Origin: an uncultured Pseudomonadota bacterium | GTDB lineage: Bacteria; Pseudomonadota; Alphaproteobacteria; RF32; CAG-239 | Length of the DNA: 64,000 nucleotides | Assembly (NCBI GenBank): GCA_949300375.1 | Contig: CASGEB010000007.1 | Span: 7,439-71,438, forward strand | Reading direction: 5' to 3' | Shown here: one piece after another, positions 1-9,725 of the stretch | Layout of the letters: each line of letters opens with the position of its first letter | How positions within the stretch are numbered: position 1 is the stretch's first letter | Program-made: the position numbers and the translations under genes | Notes under the pieces: generated by a model | The model's input: only the letters and a program-made list of their open reading frames with translations | What the model was told of the DNA's origin: nothing | Databases searched by the model: none

Positions 1-193
1 CCTGCAGCCAATTGGCTCCCGGCATTGCCAAATCGGTCAAGACCAGTTTGAAATTTTTTTCTTTTTCAATAATTTTGAAAACCTCTGTATAGCTGTGGGC
101 AAAGACGAACTCGTCATTGGGAAAGATATCCCGCAAAATAAACTCCAAGCCCTTTAGAAACAATTCATGATCATCAGCTATCAAAATCCGCAT
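1..193 (-). CDS. response regulator receiver domain (NarL/FixJ-like), first 64 codons only; gene runs off the window start
   Basis: Own translation from ATG at 193-191: MRILIADDHELFLKGLEFILRD...FKLVLTDLAMPGANWLQ, showing the DD pair and TDLxMPG phospho-acceptor motif of CheY-like receivers. AAGGAG SD (200-205) lies 6 nt upstream. Absent from the ORF track because it is truncated. Confidence 0.6.
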   Translation of the reverse strand, partial: MRILIADDHELFLKGLEFILRDIFPNDEFVFAHSYTEVFKIIEKEKNFKLVLTDLAMPGANWLQ

Positions 194-203
194 TTTATTC
201 TCC

Positions 204-938
204 TTATTTCCAATCTCCGCAAAAAGCCTGCCAACAGGAAAGCGCTGCCGCGACAGCCGTTTCTGCCCGCAAAATCCTTTTTCCCAATGAAACGCCTTCA
301 GCATAATCCTGCCGACGCAAAAAATCAAATTCTTGTTCGGAAAATCCGCCTTCCGGACCAATCAGAAGCGCAGCCGGCCTGTCTTTTCCGGCAGCTGCGC
401 CGAAAACTTCGGAAACTGCCCGGCCTTTGCCGCTTTCGTCCATAAAATATAAAATCCGGCAGGCGTCCCAGTTTTTTAAAACCGTTTCCAACGGCAGGGC
501 ATCTTCTATTTCCGGAATTTCCAGCCGCCGGCATTGTTCTGCCGCCTCAACCGCCTGGGCTGTGTAACGTTCTTTTTTTATTTTTTCACTGATGGTTCGA
601 CGGGTAATGACCGGAATAATTTTAGACGCGCCGAGTTCTGTGGCTTTTTCAATAATGAAATCCGTCCGGTCTTTTTTTACCGGGGCAAACAGCAGCCATA
701 TGTCCGCTCCTTTTTCAAATTGTCTGGTTCGGCGGAGGATACGGGCGGAGACCCGCTTTTTGCCGCATTCCAGAATTTCACATTCAAATTCGCCGTTTTG
801 ACCGTCAAAAGCCAAAAACAAACTTCCGGCCGACAGCCGCAACACATTACATAAATAATGCGCCCGGGCATCCATCAAAAAGAGCTCCATATTCTCACGG
901 AGCCCTTGCGGTATATACAGTCTTGGTTTACTTGCCAT
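204..938 (-). CDS. rsmE: 16S rRNA (uracil1498-N3)-methyltransferase RsmE
   Basis: 244 aa. N-terminal PUA-like HYLxNVLRL motif and C-terminal LLIGPEGGFSxxE SPOUT motif typical of RsmE. Confidence 0.85.
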   Translation of the reverse strand: MASKPRLYIPQGLRENMELFLMDARAHYLCNVLRLSAGSLFLAFDGQNGEFECEILECGKKRVSARILRRTRQFEKGADIWLLFAPVKKDRTDFIIEKATELGASKIIPVITRRTISEKIKKERYTAQAVEAAEQCRRLEIPEIEDALPLETVLKNWDACRILYFMDESGKGRAVSEVFGAAAGKDRPAALLIGPEGGFSEQEFDFLRRQDYAEGVSLGKRILRAETAVAAALSCWQAFCGDWK

Positions 939-944
939 AAATTT

Positions 945-1529
945 TTAATCCACGCTGATGTTAAATACTTTGGAGTGAACTTTGATGCCTTCTCCCGGAA
1001 CATTGGTTATGCAGTCGACATACAGTTTGGAGCGTCCGAGATTTTCGGCGTTGAAAACTATTGAAAGCTCGTTTCCTTCTTTGCTGCCGCGTTCATATTT
1101 TAAAATTTTATCATTACATTCATAGGTACATGTCTGGTTGTTTTCCTCAATCAGCTTAATTGTCAGATCCTTGCCCAACGGAACAGAGATTTTACGCCGT
1201 TTGGAATTTACTCCAATCATAACATCGGCGTTAGCCTTGCTTAACAATTTTTGGGCTATAATCCGGTTATAATTGATGGCGATTTCCGTTTCCACGTCTT
1301 CCGACGCTGCCTGAGCCGCTTTTTTGGCGGCATATTTCGCCCGGTTTTCTTCCGTCCGGTAAGAAGTGGCATGTCTGGGACGGCCGCTTTCTACCGTATC
1401 GGCAGGGGCAAACATCTGATAAGACTGAGCTTTGGCAAGAGACGACACCGTTGCATTGGCATATCCGCACGGCCAGACCATCATTACGGCCGCCGCCAAA
1501 ACACATATATTTACCTTTGCTCCAGACAT
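945..1529 (-). CDS. secreted hypothetical protein
   Basis: 194 aa with an N-terminal signal-like hydrophobic segment (VLAAAVMMVWPCGYANA). Natural amino-acid composition. No family recognised. Confidence 0.5.
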   Translation of the reverse strand: MSGAKVNICVLAAAVMMVWPCGYANATVSSLAKAQSYQMFAPADTVESGRPRHATSYRTEENRAKYAAKKAAQAASEDVETEIAINYNRIIAQKLLSKANADVMIGVNSKRRKISVPLGKDLTIKLIEENNQTCTYECNDKILKYERGSKEGNELSIVFNAENLGRSKLYVDCITNVPGEGIKVHSKVFNISVD

Positions 1530-1642
1530 CTTATCACCTATTTTTTGTATAAGTAATAGTTTTGCTTTATAATTTTATTGTATACTATATATTTGAAAAA
1601 ATAAAGTTAAGATTTTGTGACATTTGGCTATAAGGAGCGGTT

Positions 1643-2305
1643 ATGATTATTACAGTAGACGGGCCGGCAGCAGCCGGGAAAGGAACATTATCAAGGGTTT
1701 TGGCAGAAAAATACGGCCTGGCTTATTTTGATACCGGAATGGTCTACCGGGCCGTGGGACTTGAAATGGCACTGCTGGGAAAAAATCTGAATGATGAGGC
1801 GGAGGCTCTGAAAATTGCCGACAGTCTGACTTTTTCCAAAATGAACGAGCTTTCGGCAAATCCGGATTTTCGTTCCGCTTTGGGCGGCAAAAACGCTTCC
1901 ATTGTTTCAGCTTATCCGTCCGTACGCGCCAGCCTTTTGAAAATGCAGCAGGATTTTTCAAAACATCCGGTTTTTGCCGACGGCACGCCGGCGAAAGGCG
2001 CTATTTATGACGGACGCGATACCGGGACGGTTGTCTGCCCGCAGGCAGATATCAAATTTTTTGTAACAGCTTCGCCGGAAGTCAGAGCAGAGAGACGCTT
2101 TAAAGAATTTCAGGCCAAGGGCGAAAAAATTTCTTATGAAGAGGTTTTGGCAGATGTCAAAGCCCGCGACGCAAGGGATATGAACCGCGCCGTTGCGCCG
2201 ATGAAGCCGGCGGCCGACGCCGTTATTCTTGACACCAGCAACGATACAATTGAAGATGTTTTGCGCCGGGCCGTGGAAATTATCGAGTCCCGCAAGCAAA
2301 AATAA
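1643..2305 (+). CDS. cmk: cytidylate kinase
   Basis: 220 aa. P-loop IITVDGPAAAGKGT and YFDTGMVYRA motif. cmk-rpsA adjacency is the usual arrangement. Confidence 0.9.
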   Translation: MIITVDGPAAAGKGTLSRVLAEKYGLAYFDTGMVYRAVGLEMALLGKNLNDEAEALKIADSLTFSKMNELSANPDFRSALGGKNASIVSAYPSVRASLLKMQQDFSKHPVFADGTPAKGAIYDGRDTGTVVCPQADIKFFVTASPEVRAERRFKEFQAKGEKISYEEVLADVKARDARDMNRAVAPMKPAADAVILDTSNDTIEDVLRRAVEIIESRKQK

Positions 2306-2454
2306 TAAAAAAACGCTTGAAAAATAATAAATTGCGTGTATAAAAGAGCCATCGGTTTATGGTGCGATAGACCGGTATGTGTTTTTTTAACCCCGCACAA
2401 GTCCGCCTCTTTTGGTTTGCGAGGCCGGCATTTTTTATGAAATATATATATTTT

Positions 2455-4140
2455 ATGACAAATACAGAAATTAAAATCCCTGAAATGACCGAAAATTTTG
2501 AAGCCCTGCTGAATGAACAGTTCGGCGACAACGGCATTACTGGTTCGGTCGTAAAAGGCACTATCATCAGATTAACTCCGGATTTTGCAATCGTTGACGT
2601 CGGATTGAAATCCGAAGGCCGTATTCCGTTGCGCGAATTCGGGCAAAATCCTGAGCTCAAAGTCGGCGACAAAATTGAAGTTTATGTTGACAGATATGAA
2701 GACAAAGACGGCAATATCGTTCTTTCCCGCGAAAAAGCACGCCGCGAAGAAGTTTGGATTGATCTTGAAAAATGCCTGAACTCCGGCGAAAGAGTTAACG
2801 GCGTTATCTTCGGCCGCGTCAAAGGCGGATTTACCGTTGATTTGAACGGCGCCATCGCGTTCCTGCCGGGTTCTCAGATTGATATCCGTCCAATCCGCGA
2901 CATTACACCGCTGATGGGCATTTCCCAACCGTTCCAGATTTTGAAAATGGACAAGGTCAGAGGCAATATCGTCGTTTCCCGCCGCGTTGTTCTGGAAGAA
3001 ACCAGAGCCGAAGCCCGCGCCGAACTGATTAACGACCTCAAGGAAGGTTCCGTTCTTGAAGGTGTTGTCAAAAACATTACCGACTACGGCGCATTTATTG
3101 ACCTCGGCGGCGTTGACGGCTTGTTGCACGTTACAGATATTTCCTGGAAAAGAATCAACCATCCGGCAGAAGTTTTGTCTGTCGGCCAGACGGTTAAAGT
3201 TCAGGTTATCAAATTTAACGAAGACAACCAACGCATTTCGCTGGGTATGAAACAGCTCGAATCCGATCCGTGGGCTCACGTTGCCGACAAGTTCAAAGTC
3301 GGTGAAATCTACAAAGGCAAAGTTACCAACATTACCGATTACGGCGCATTTGTAGAACTTGAAGACGGTATTGAAGGTTTGGTTCACGTTTCCGAAATGA
3401 GCTGGACCCGCAAAAACGTTCATCCGGGCAAAATCGTTTCTACTTCTCAGGAAGTTGAAGTTAAGGTTTTGGAAGTTGATGCAGAAAAACGACGCATCAG
3501 CCTCGGCATTAAACAATGCACGCCGAATCCTTGGGCTGCTTATGTTGAAGAGCATCCGGTCGGTTCCGTTATTGAAGGCAAAATCAAAAACATTACCGAG
3601 TTCGGTTTGTTTGTCGGTTTGTCTGACGAAATCGACGGTATGATTCACCTGTCCGACATTTCTTGGGACAAATCCGGTGAAGAAGCCGTTAAAGATTATA
3701 CCAAGGGTCAGGAAATCCAAGCCAAAATTATTGATGTCGACGTTGAGAAAGAACGTATCAGCCTCGGCATTAAACAGCTGACCGAAAATGAGTTCGCTTC
3801 TGCTTTGAACGAAGTCAAAAAAGGCGATGTTGTTAAAGTAACCGTTGTCAGCACTGATGACAAAGGCGTTTCCGTTGAGATGAACGGCATTAACGCAACG
3901 ATTAAAAAGGCTGACCTGTCTAAGGATAAAGCTGCCCAGAATCCGGACAACTACAAAGCCGGCGATGTTTTGGAAGCAAAAGTTACTTCTGTAGACCGGA
4001 AAAACAACAAGCTCGGTTTGTCTGTAAAAGCTTTGGAAATTGAAGAAGAGAAAAAAGCTCTTGAAGAATACACCAATAATTCTACCGGCGGTTCTTCTCT
4101 GGGCGAAGTTCTCGGTGAAGCTTTGAAGAAGAATGCTTAA
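2455..4140 (+). CDS. rpsA: 30S ribosomal protein S1 (start uncertain: in-frame candidates at 2377, 2437, 2455, 2485)
   Basis: Six S1 repeats (GSVVKGTI..., GxVxNITDYGAFIDLGGVDGLLHVTDISW etc.). No clear SD at any candidate start, which is common for rpsA. Confidence 0.9.
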   Translation: MTNTEIKIPEMTENFEALLNEQFGDNGITGSVVKGTIIRLTPDFAIVDVGLKSEGRIPLREFGQNPELKVGDKIEVYVDRYEDKDGNIVLSREKARREEVWIDLEKCLNSGERVNGVIFGRVKGGFTVDLNGAIAFLPGSQIDIRPIRDITPLMGISQPFQILKMDKVRGNIVVSRRVVLEETRAEARAELINDLKEGSVLEGVVKNITDYGAFIDLGGVDGLLHVTDISWKRINHPAEVLSVGQTVKVQVIKFNEDNQRISLGMKQLESDPWAHVADKFKVGEIYKGKVTNITDYGAFVELEDGIEGLVHVSEMSWTRKNVHPGKIVSTSQEVEVKVLEVDAEKRRISLGIKQCTPNPWAAYVEEHPVGSVIEGKIKNITEFGLFVGLSDEIDGMIHLSDISWDKSGEEAVKDYTKGQEIQAKIIDVDVEKERISLGIKQLTENEFASALNEVKKGDVVKVTVVSTDDKGVSVEMNGINATIKKADLSKDKAAQNPDNYKAGDVLEAKVTSVDRKNNKLGLSVKALEIEEEKKALEEYTNNSTGGSSLGEVLGEALKKNA

Positions 4141-4168
4141 AACGGTTTATTTGACTGTTTGAGCTTTG

Positions 4169-4205
4169 TTCCCCTTGTTTGTAAAAAGCAGGGGGAATTT
4201 TTTTA
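4169..4205 (+). terminator. rho-independent terminator after rpsA
   Basis: TTCCCC...GGGGAA hairpin followed by a T7 run, 29 nt after the rpsA stop. Confidence 0.5.
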
Positions 4206-4208
4206 CAA

Positions 4209-4241
4209 ATAAAAAAAGACTAATCTGTTTTGGATTAGTCT
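4209..4241 (-). terminator. rho-independent terminator after tRNA-Ala(CGC)
   Basis: On the minus strand, AGACTAATC / GATTAGTCT 9-bp stem followed by a T7 run, about 10 nt after the tRNA 3' end. Confidence 0.5.
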
Positions 4242-4251
4242 TTACAGAAAC

Positions 4252-4327
4252 TGGTGGAGCTGAGGAGGATCGAACTCCCGACCTAATGATTGCGAACCAT
4301 TCGCTCTCCCAACTGAGCTACAGCCCC
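4252..4327 (-). tRNA. tRNA-Ala (anticodon CGC)
   Basis: Hand-folded 76-nt cloverleaf: GGGGCTG acceptor with G3:U70, GCTCAGTTGGGAGAGC D arm, anticodon loop TTCGCAA, GGTTCGATCC T arm (GTTCGAT loop), encoded CCA. Confidence 0.9.
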
Positions 4328-4340
4328 AAAATTCTCCTTT

Positions 4341-4368
4341 ATAATAGAAAGCTTTTCTTTCCTGTCAA
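4341..4368 (-). promoter_or_regulatory. candidate sigma70-type promoter for tRNA-Ala(CGC)
   Basis: Minus strand TTGACA (4368-4363), 16 nt spacer, TATTAT (4346-4341), about 13 nt upstream of the mature tRNA 5' end. Confidence 0.45.
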
Positions 4369-4422
4369 GCATAATAAAAAATAATCAGCCGATACTTTTT
4401 TATTATTATTGCAAAAAAGGAC

Positions 4423-4451
4423 TTGAAATATAAAAATTTATCCCGTATAAG
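4423..4451 (+). promoter_or_regulatory. candidate sigma70-type promoter for tRNA-Ala(GGC)
   Basis: TTGAAA (4423-4428), 17 nt spacer, TATAAG (4446-4451), 21 nt upstream of the mature tRNA 5' end. Confidence 0.5.
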
Positions 4452-4472
4452 AATAACGTTCTTGATTACATC

Positions 4473-4534
<62 letters not shown>

Positions 4535-4548
<14 letters not shown>

Positions 4549-4601
4549 GTTTCCGTAAAGATCAAAATCCATTATCTGGTTTTGGTCTTTTTTCTTTTTA
4601 A
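4535..4601 (+). repeat. direct repeat copy 1 (last 14 nt of tRNA-Ala(GGC) plus its terminator)
   Basis: CCTCAGCTCCACCAGTTTCCGTAAAGATCAAAATCCATTATCTGGTTTTGGTCTTTTTTCTTTTTAA. Matches 4760-4826 at 65 of 67 positions. Confidence 0.9.
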
Positions 4602-4759
4602 ACTTTCCGTTCAAACTTCGCTAAAGCTTGTTTTCACGGAGGGGAATATACTTCGGCATCTAAATTCGCTTACTCACTTCGTTTCGGCGCTCATTAAGAT
4701 GTTCCGAAGAGCTTGCTGACAAAAACAACCGGAGCAGCGGTTGTTTTTGCTTAGCGCTT

Positions 4760-4826
4760 CCTCAGCTCCACCAGTTTCCGTAAAGATCAAAATCCATTAT
4801 CCGGATTTGGTCTTTTTTCTTTTTAA
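4760..4826 (+). repeat. direct repeat copy 2 (orphan tRNA-Ala 3' end plus terminator)
   Basis: Same 67-nt sequence with two substitutions (CTGGT to CCGGA). The upstream part of the tRNA is absent here. Confidence 0.9.
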
Positions 4827-4829
4827 CAA

Positions 4830-5798
4830 TCAGAAAATCTTTTTTATTTCTTCCGCTATGATATCGGCGGGATTATAATGTACAAATTCGCCGTCATAAT
4901 CATATTCGTTTTCTAACGGAAAAGCATAGTTTTTATAATAAAGGGATTTTATAAATCGTTCGTGTTTCGGCGTCAACCAGCGCGCGCCGCTAAAAATAAG
5001 GACTTTCTTGCCCGTACCGCAGGCTTCACAGCACATACTGACAGAATCGCCGGTAACGATAATATCATCGGCACATGCCAGATAGCCGCAATAGGGATTT
5101 TCCCCCTTGTCCACGCCCCAGAGATAGGTGTGAGCAGGAATCCCTTTCAGTTCCTGCATAATCCTGTCCTGAGCAGCTTTGCCTGTTCGGCGCGATGTTG
5201 TAATCAGAATCGAACCGCCGTACTTTTGTTTATATTTTTTTATCTGTTGCGCCAAAGCCTCTGCGTTTTCCATACTAAACGGCGCCGATTTAATTGCTCC
5301 GCCGATAATAACGGCTGTCCGAGGCTGTGGCAAAGCGGAAAATTCCGGCTGCCATTTTGCCTTTGCCTCTACCAGAACATCCGGCGTGATTTTATGGGCG
5401 CAACCGATTACTTTAAGCACATTTTTTCCCATCTTTTTTCTCCGGTCGTGATCCGGAATAAAAACACGGTCAAAATCGCCCAGACCTGAGTTTCCGGGAT
5501 GCATCAACTGGACTATCCGGGTTTTTCCCAATGAGCGTTTTTTTATCCAGCGGGCAACCGGAGCCGTACGGCGGCTGGCCGAAATAACCAGATCAGGATA
5601 CGGCGCCGACAAATTGTTACGGGATTCCTTTTTTATGCCGATTAACGTGGCTCCTTTTAAAAAGTTCGGAAGTTTTGCCCAATTGTTATAGACAATCTCT
5701 TTTTCTTCCGACGGCCAACCTAAAACTTTTGCTACGCCGCGCGCCTGGCTGTTGCTGCCGGCACGGTCATCAATCAATATCCAAACTTTTTTTTCCAT
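4830..5798 (-). CDS. ELM1/DUF1022-family protein (mitochondrial fission ELM1 homolog; glycosyltransferase-like)
   Basis: 322 aa. N-terminus VWILIDDRAGSNSQARGVAKVLGW resembles the conserved start of bacterial ELM1-family proteins common in Alphaproteobacteria. Confidence 0.7.
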   Translation of the reverse strand: MEKKVWILIDDRAGSNSQARGVAKVLGWPSEEKEIVYNNWAKLPNFLKGATLIGIKKESRNNLSAPYPDLVISASRRTAPVARWIKKRSLGKTRIVQLMHPGNSGLGDFDRVFIPDHDRRKKMGKNVLKVIGCAHKITPDVLVEAKAKWQPEFSALPQPRTAVIIGGAIKSAPFSMENAEALAQQIKKYKQKYGGSILITTSRRTGKAAQDRIMQELKGIPAHTYLWGVDKGENPYCGYLACADDIIVTGDSVSMCCEACGTGKKVLIFSGARWLTPKHERFIKSLYYKNYAFPLENEYDYDGEFVHYNPADIIAEEIKKIF

Positions 5799-5877
5799 AA
5801 TTTTACATTACCTCTGGCAAAAACGAAATTACCCGCATATTATATTATAAAAATGCAACAAGACAAGGGGAAGAAAA

Positions 5878-6228
5878 ATGAAAGTGAATTTTATTGCCGC
5901 TTTGTTTATTTTTACGTTGGCTGCAGCAATGCCGGCGCAAGCACAAAACACTAATTCCGGATTTGTCCGCACGTCCGGCACGGCTGCTTACAGTTCTCAG
6001 AAAGATGCGATGTATCTGGCGACATTAAAGGCTGTGGTTAATTATAAAATTGATGATGAAGAAACGCTTGACGATATGCAGAGCCTGCGTCAAAACGAGC
6101 GGTTTGTCCGACAGCTGCAGGGAATGCTGAACAAATTGTCAAACGCCAAAACTAAAGACAGCAAAAACAAAAGAGTTCAGAAAATTTTGGAACAGGCCGG
6201 AAAAGATATTTATAACATTTTGAAATAA
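5878..6228 (+). CDS. small secreted hypothetical protein
   Basis: 116 aa. Signal peptide ending AMPAQA-QN. GGGGAAG SD-like sequence upstream. Confidence 0.5.
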   Translation: MKVNFIAALFIFTLAAAMPAQAQNTNSGFVRTSGTAAYSSQKDAMYLATLKAVVNYKIDDEETLDDMQSLRQNERFVRQLQGMLNKLSNAKTKDSKNKRVQKILEQAGKDIYNILK

Positions 6229-6335
6229 AGCCAGCAAAAACAACCTTTTCGAGCAAGAAACCGCTTGACATTAAACTTTGTTTAAGAGAGATTTGTTATC
6301 TTGATTTTAATCGGATTTAATAACGGAGAGAATCT

Positions 6336-6488
6336 GTGAATCATTTGAAAATTTTAGAAAAACAAATTTTGGCGCTGAAAAAGAAAGTAATTGCCCTTAA
6401 AGGGGAATCGGTTTTGGCTGCGGAAGGCAAAGACAATTTGATGATGCAGGCTATTAATCTGCAGAAAGGCACAAAACATGAAAGTTAA
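6336..6488 (+). CDS. possible 50-aa coiled-coil protein (GTG start), overlapping the next gene by 11 nt
   Basis: Own translation: VNHLKILEKQILALKKKVIALKGESVLAAEGKDNLMMQAINLQKGTKHES. GGAGAG SD lies 6 nt upstream. Below the ORF-track size cut-off. Confidence 0.3.
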   Translation: MNHLKILEKQILALKKKVIALKGESVLAAEGKDNLMMQAINLQKGTKHES

Positions 6489-6795
6489 TCTGCTTACGGT
6501 TTTGAATGTTTTGTTTTTTTGTCTGGGGGTTTCGGCCTGCCAGATTCCGGATGAGAATATACAACCGGTCAGCGAAGCGGAATTTCTGAATTTTGCCAGC
6601 TTTGAAAACAAGGTTAAAATTATGGATCGCAGCGAAAATTCCATTACTTTCGAATATTCGGACGTCAGAATTGATGAGGTTTCAGTGCTGGCAGAGCAAT
6701 ATTGTCAGATAACCGCCGGACAAAACGCCTTTCTGGATAAAGTAATTCTTTACAAAAACAATGCCCGCCGGGCAAAATTTTATTGCTACAAATAA
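6478..6795 (+). CDS. small lipoprotein, hypothetical
   Basis: 105 aa. Signal sequence with lipobox LGVSA-C. Confidence 0.55.
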   Translation: MKVNLLTVLNVLFFCLGVSACQIPDENIQPVSEAEFLNFASFENKVKIMDRSENSITFEYSDVRIDEVSVLAEQYCQITAGQNAFLDKVILYKNNARRAKFYCYK

Positions 6796-6861
6796 ACTTG
6801 CAATGAATCGGCCTGCTTCCTATATTAGATAATAAAAGAAAAAGAAGGCAGGTTGAGATTT

Positions 6862-7782
6862 ATGAAAGACTTATATCAGATTTTGGGCGTTGCCAAAACA
6901 GCATCGGATTCCGAGATAAAGTCGGCATTCCGTAAGCTGGCGCGCAAATATCATCCCGATTTGAACAAAGACAACAAAGAAGCAGCCGAAAAATTCAAAG
7001 AAGTCAACGCTGCTTATGAAATTCTCGGCGATAAAGAAAAACGTCAGAAATATGACAATAACGAAATCGACGCAGAAGGCAAGCCGACCGGTTTTGGCGC
7101 CGGCGGATATGGCGCCTATTCCGGCGGAGCCGGGAATCCTTTTGGCGGAGGTTTTGCCGGCGGAAACGGAAATTTTGACTTTTCATCAATTTTCGGTGAA
7201 GACATTTTCTCGCAGTTTACAGGCGGAAACGGTGGTTTCCGGGGATTCTCGCAGGCATCGCGGCGCCCACGCAAAGGAGAAGATATTTCTTATACCATGC
7301 GGATTGACTTCTTGTCTGCCGCGCTCGGGGCTGAGAAATCCGTTTCACTGCAAGGCAAAAACATTAATGTCAAAATTCCGGCCGGAACAGCAAACGGCCA
7401 GACTTTGCGCCTGAAAGGGCTTGGTATGTCCAGCCCGAACGGCGGACCGAACGGCGATGTGCTGATTACGCTGAATGTCAGCAAACATCCGTATTTTGAA
7501 GCTGACGGGCTGAATGTGCTGTTGGAAGTTCCTATCAGCATCAAAGAAGCCGTTTTGGGCGGAAAAATTACTGTACCGACTATTTCCGGCAAGGTTGCCG
7601 TTACCATTCCACCCTATTCTTCCAGCGGGGAAAAATTACGTTTGAAGGGCAAAGGAATTAAAGGAAAGAACGGACAAGGCGATGAGATTGTTACGCTGCG
7701 CATTGTCGTTCCGCAGACGCCGAATCCGGCTTTGGAAAAAGCTTTGGCCGATTTACCGGAAAGCGTGGTCAGAACGTTTTGA
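6862..7782 (+). CDS. DnaJ-family co-chaperone lacking the zinc-finger domain (CbpA-like)
   Basis: J domain DLYQILGV...YHPDLNKD...[15 protein letters not shown], a G/F-rich linker, then DnaJ C-terminal domains with no CxxCxGxG repeats. ATG at 6862 preferred over the TTG at 6853. Confidence 0.8.
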   Translation: MKDLYQILGVAKTASDSEIKSAFRKLARKYHPDLNKDNKEAAEKFKEVNAAYEILGDKEKRQKYDNNEIDAEGKPTGFGAGGYGAYSGGAGNPFGGGFAGGNGNFDFSSIFGEDIFSQFTGGNGGFRGFSQASRRPRKGEDISYTMRIDFLSAALGAEKSVSLQGKNINVKIPAGTANGQTLRLKGLGMSSPNGGPNGDVLITLNVSKHPYFEADGLNVLLEVPISIKEAVLGGKITVPTISGKVAVTIPPYSSSGEKLRLKGKGIKGKNGQGDEIVTLRIVVPQTPNPALEKALADLPESVVRTF

Positions 7783-7812
7783 AAAAAGGGAGGTTTTGGA
7801 ACCTCCCTTTCG

Positions 7813-8247
7813 TTATTCTACGTCCCACGGGAAAACAATCCATTTGTCAGGCAGTTCCCTGGCAAAAATATCAACTTCTTCTTTGCCTTTTTCTTTGGCA
7901 TAAACCGTTACATATTTTCCCTGGGGAAATTGGCGGCGCATAACCCTGAAAGTTTGTCCGCTGTCTGCCAGATCGTCAATAATCAGCGTTTTTTCATCAA
8001 CCTTGCCCACGCGTTCCGGACAATCGACTTCATCAAGTTTTAAATGAGCTGAGCCGACATAAGTTGCGATATTAATCACGGCAGAATTGCGAATGTTCAG
8101 TTCATAGGCAATAATTCCGGCCGGCAGCAGGCCGCCGCGGCTGATGGCAACTAATTTGTCATAGTCTCCGCTTTGTCTGATTTTGGCGCATAAATTTTTT
8201 ACATCTTGGTGAAATTCTTCCCAGTTAAGATAAATCTTATCAGTCAT
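7813..8247 (-). CDS. gpt: xanthine-guanine phosphoribosyltransferase
   Basis: 144 aa. Colinear with E. coli Gpt as I recall it (VAISRGGLLPAGI..., PRPP motif LIIDDLADSG, C-terminal FPWD). Confidence 0.85.
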   Translation of the reverse strand: MTDKIYLNWEEFHQDVKNLCAKIRQSGDYDKLVAISRGGLLPAGIIAYELNIRNSAVINIATYVGSAHLKLDEVDCPERVGKVDEKTLIIDDLADSGQTFRVMRRQFPQGKYVTVYAKEKGKEEVDIFARELPDKWIVFPWDVE

Positions 8248-8257
8248 TAATTTTCTT

Positions 8258-8791
8258 TCAGTTATTTTCAGCTTTGAGTTTGTAAATATATTCGATTACA
8301 CGGGGATTATCCCATTCGGCAGAACCGCGAATCCGTCCGATTTCCTGCCCTTTTTTATTGAATAACACTGTATGAGGAGAGGTGAATATGCCGAAAGCCG
8401 AAGCCAATTTTCCGTCTTTATCGGTATAAAACGGCAAATCCGGCGCGTCATATTCTTTTAAAAAACGGCGCTGCTCGGCGGTATTTTTCCATTCACGCGA
8501 CGAAGAAACCATCAAAAGCGTAATACCGTTGTCTTTGGTCTGTTTGTAAAAAGTATTCAGACCTTCCAATTCGTTAATGCAAGGGCTGCATTCACGCGAC
8601 CAATTCATCAGCAAAACAAAATTTCCTTTAAAATCATCCATAACAACCGCTTTGCCGTCTGAGGCATAAAAAGGCACTTGCGGCGTTTCCCGCGGCTGGT
8701 CATAGATGTTTACGTTTCCATCCTTTTTGGCCAGGGCGGAAAAAGCAAAACACAGACTGAAAAGAAATATGATAGCCGTTTTTTTTATCAT
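8258..8791 (-). CDS. periplasmic thiol:disulfide oxidoreductase (TlpA/ResA-like thioredoxin fold)
   Basis: 177 aa. Signal peptide, then WSRECSPC CxxC motif in a redoxin-like context. Confidence 0.8.
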   Translation of the reverse strand: MIKKTAIIFLFSLCFAFSALAKKDGNVNIYDQPRETPQVPFYASDGKAVVMDDFKGNFVLLMNWSRECSPCINELEGLNTFYKQTKDNGITLLMVSSSREWKNTAEQRRFLKEYDAPDLPFYTDKDGKLASAFGIFTSPHTVLFNKKGQEIGRIRGSAEWDNPRVIEYIYKLKAENN

Positions 8792-8884
8792 TGCTTAATA
8801 ACTTAATTTTTACTTTTAATCTTTACTTTGTTTATAGTATATAATTATTCTCAATTTAAGTAAACAAGCAAAAGGTTTATAACC

Positions 8885-9016
8885 ATGAAAAACATATGCC
8901 GGCTCACGGTTTTGGCTGCTTTTGCGGTTGTGTTGGCGCTCAGCGCCTGTGGAAAGATGGCGCCGCCTTCCCCGGTTGAGGGAAGCGGATATCCCCATAC
9001 CTATCCGAAAAGATAG
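8885..9016 (+). CDS. 43-aa lipoprotein, hypothetical
   Basis: Own translation: MKNICRLTVLAAFAVVLALSACGKMAPPSPVEGSGYPHTYPKR, with lipobox LSAC. Below the ORF-track cut-off. Confidence 0.45.
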   Translation: MKNICRLTVLAAFAVVLALSACGKMAPPSPVEGSGYPHTYPKR

Positions 9017-9038
9017 TTTTTAATCAGGAGTCCTTAAA

Positions 9039-9725
9039 ATGATTGCCGAAGACGATTTTACCGAAGATATGATTCCGTATGTGGAATTTGCCGATAACGC
9101 CAATGAGCGAACGCCGTGCGTTTTGGTGCTGGACTGTTCCGGGTCAATGCGCGGCGAACCGATTAAACAGCTGAATGCCGGACTGAAAGCCCTTGAACGC
9201 GAGCTGAAAGACGATATTGACGCCAGTTCCCGCGTGCAGCTGCTAATTATCAAAGCCTTTGGCAAAGACGAGGCTGTTATTTCTTCCGACTGGACAGATG
9301 CCATGAATTTTGAGGCTCCGACAATGGAAGCCGGCGGACTCACGCCACTCGGCAAGGCAATGGATTTGGCCTTGCAAAAAATTGAAGAGCAAAAATGTCT
9401 GTATGACAGCTGCGGCATTACATCAAAACGGCCGTGGATTTTTCTTATCAGCGACGGAGAACCGACAGACTACGACTGGGAACAGGCGGCCGAACGCTGC
9501 CGTTATGCCCAGCAAAACAAAAAAGTGGTTATTCATGCCGTCGGAACTCAGGAAGCAAATTTGGAAAAGCTGGCAAAATTTTCGATTAATCCGCCCAAGC
9601 GTCTGACCGGTCTCAAATTTACCGAATTTTTCCTTTGGCTCAGCCGGAGCGTTTCCTGCATTTCCAAAGCAGCTCCCAATATTCCCGACCAGCTTGAGAA
9701 CACCGGCGACTGGGATGAAGAATAG
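9039..9725 (+). CDS. von Willebrand factor A (vWA) domain protein, TerY-like
   Basis: 228 aa. MIDAS motif VLDCSGSM (DxSxS), later T and D positions, Rossmann-like alternation. AGGAG SD 10 nt upstream. Confidence 0.85.
   Translation: MIAEDDFTEDMIPYVEFADNANERTPCVLVLDCSGSMRGEPIKQLNAGLKALERELKDDIDASSRVQLLIIKAFGKDEAVISSDWTDAMNFEAPTMEAGGLTPLGKAMDLALQKIEEQKCLYDSCGITSKRPWIFLISDGEPTDYDWEQAAERCRYAQQNKKVVIHAVGTQEANLEKLAKFSINPPKRLTGLKFTEFFLWLSRSVSCISKAAPNIPDQLENTGDWDEE

Noticed and set aside
2572-3720. 382-aa minus-strand ORF
   Set aside because: Entirely antisense to the unmistakable rpsA gene. Its composition is F/N/V-rich with no motifs, which is the usual shadow ORF of a repeat-rich gene.
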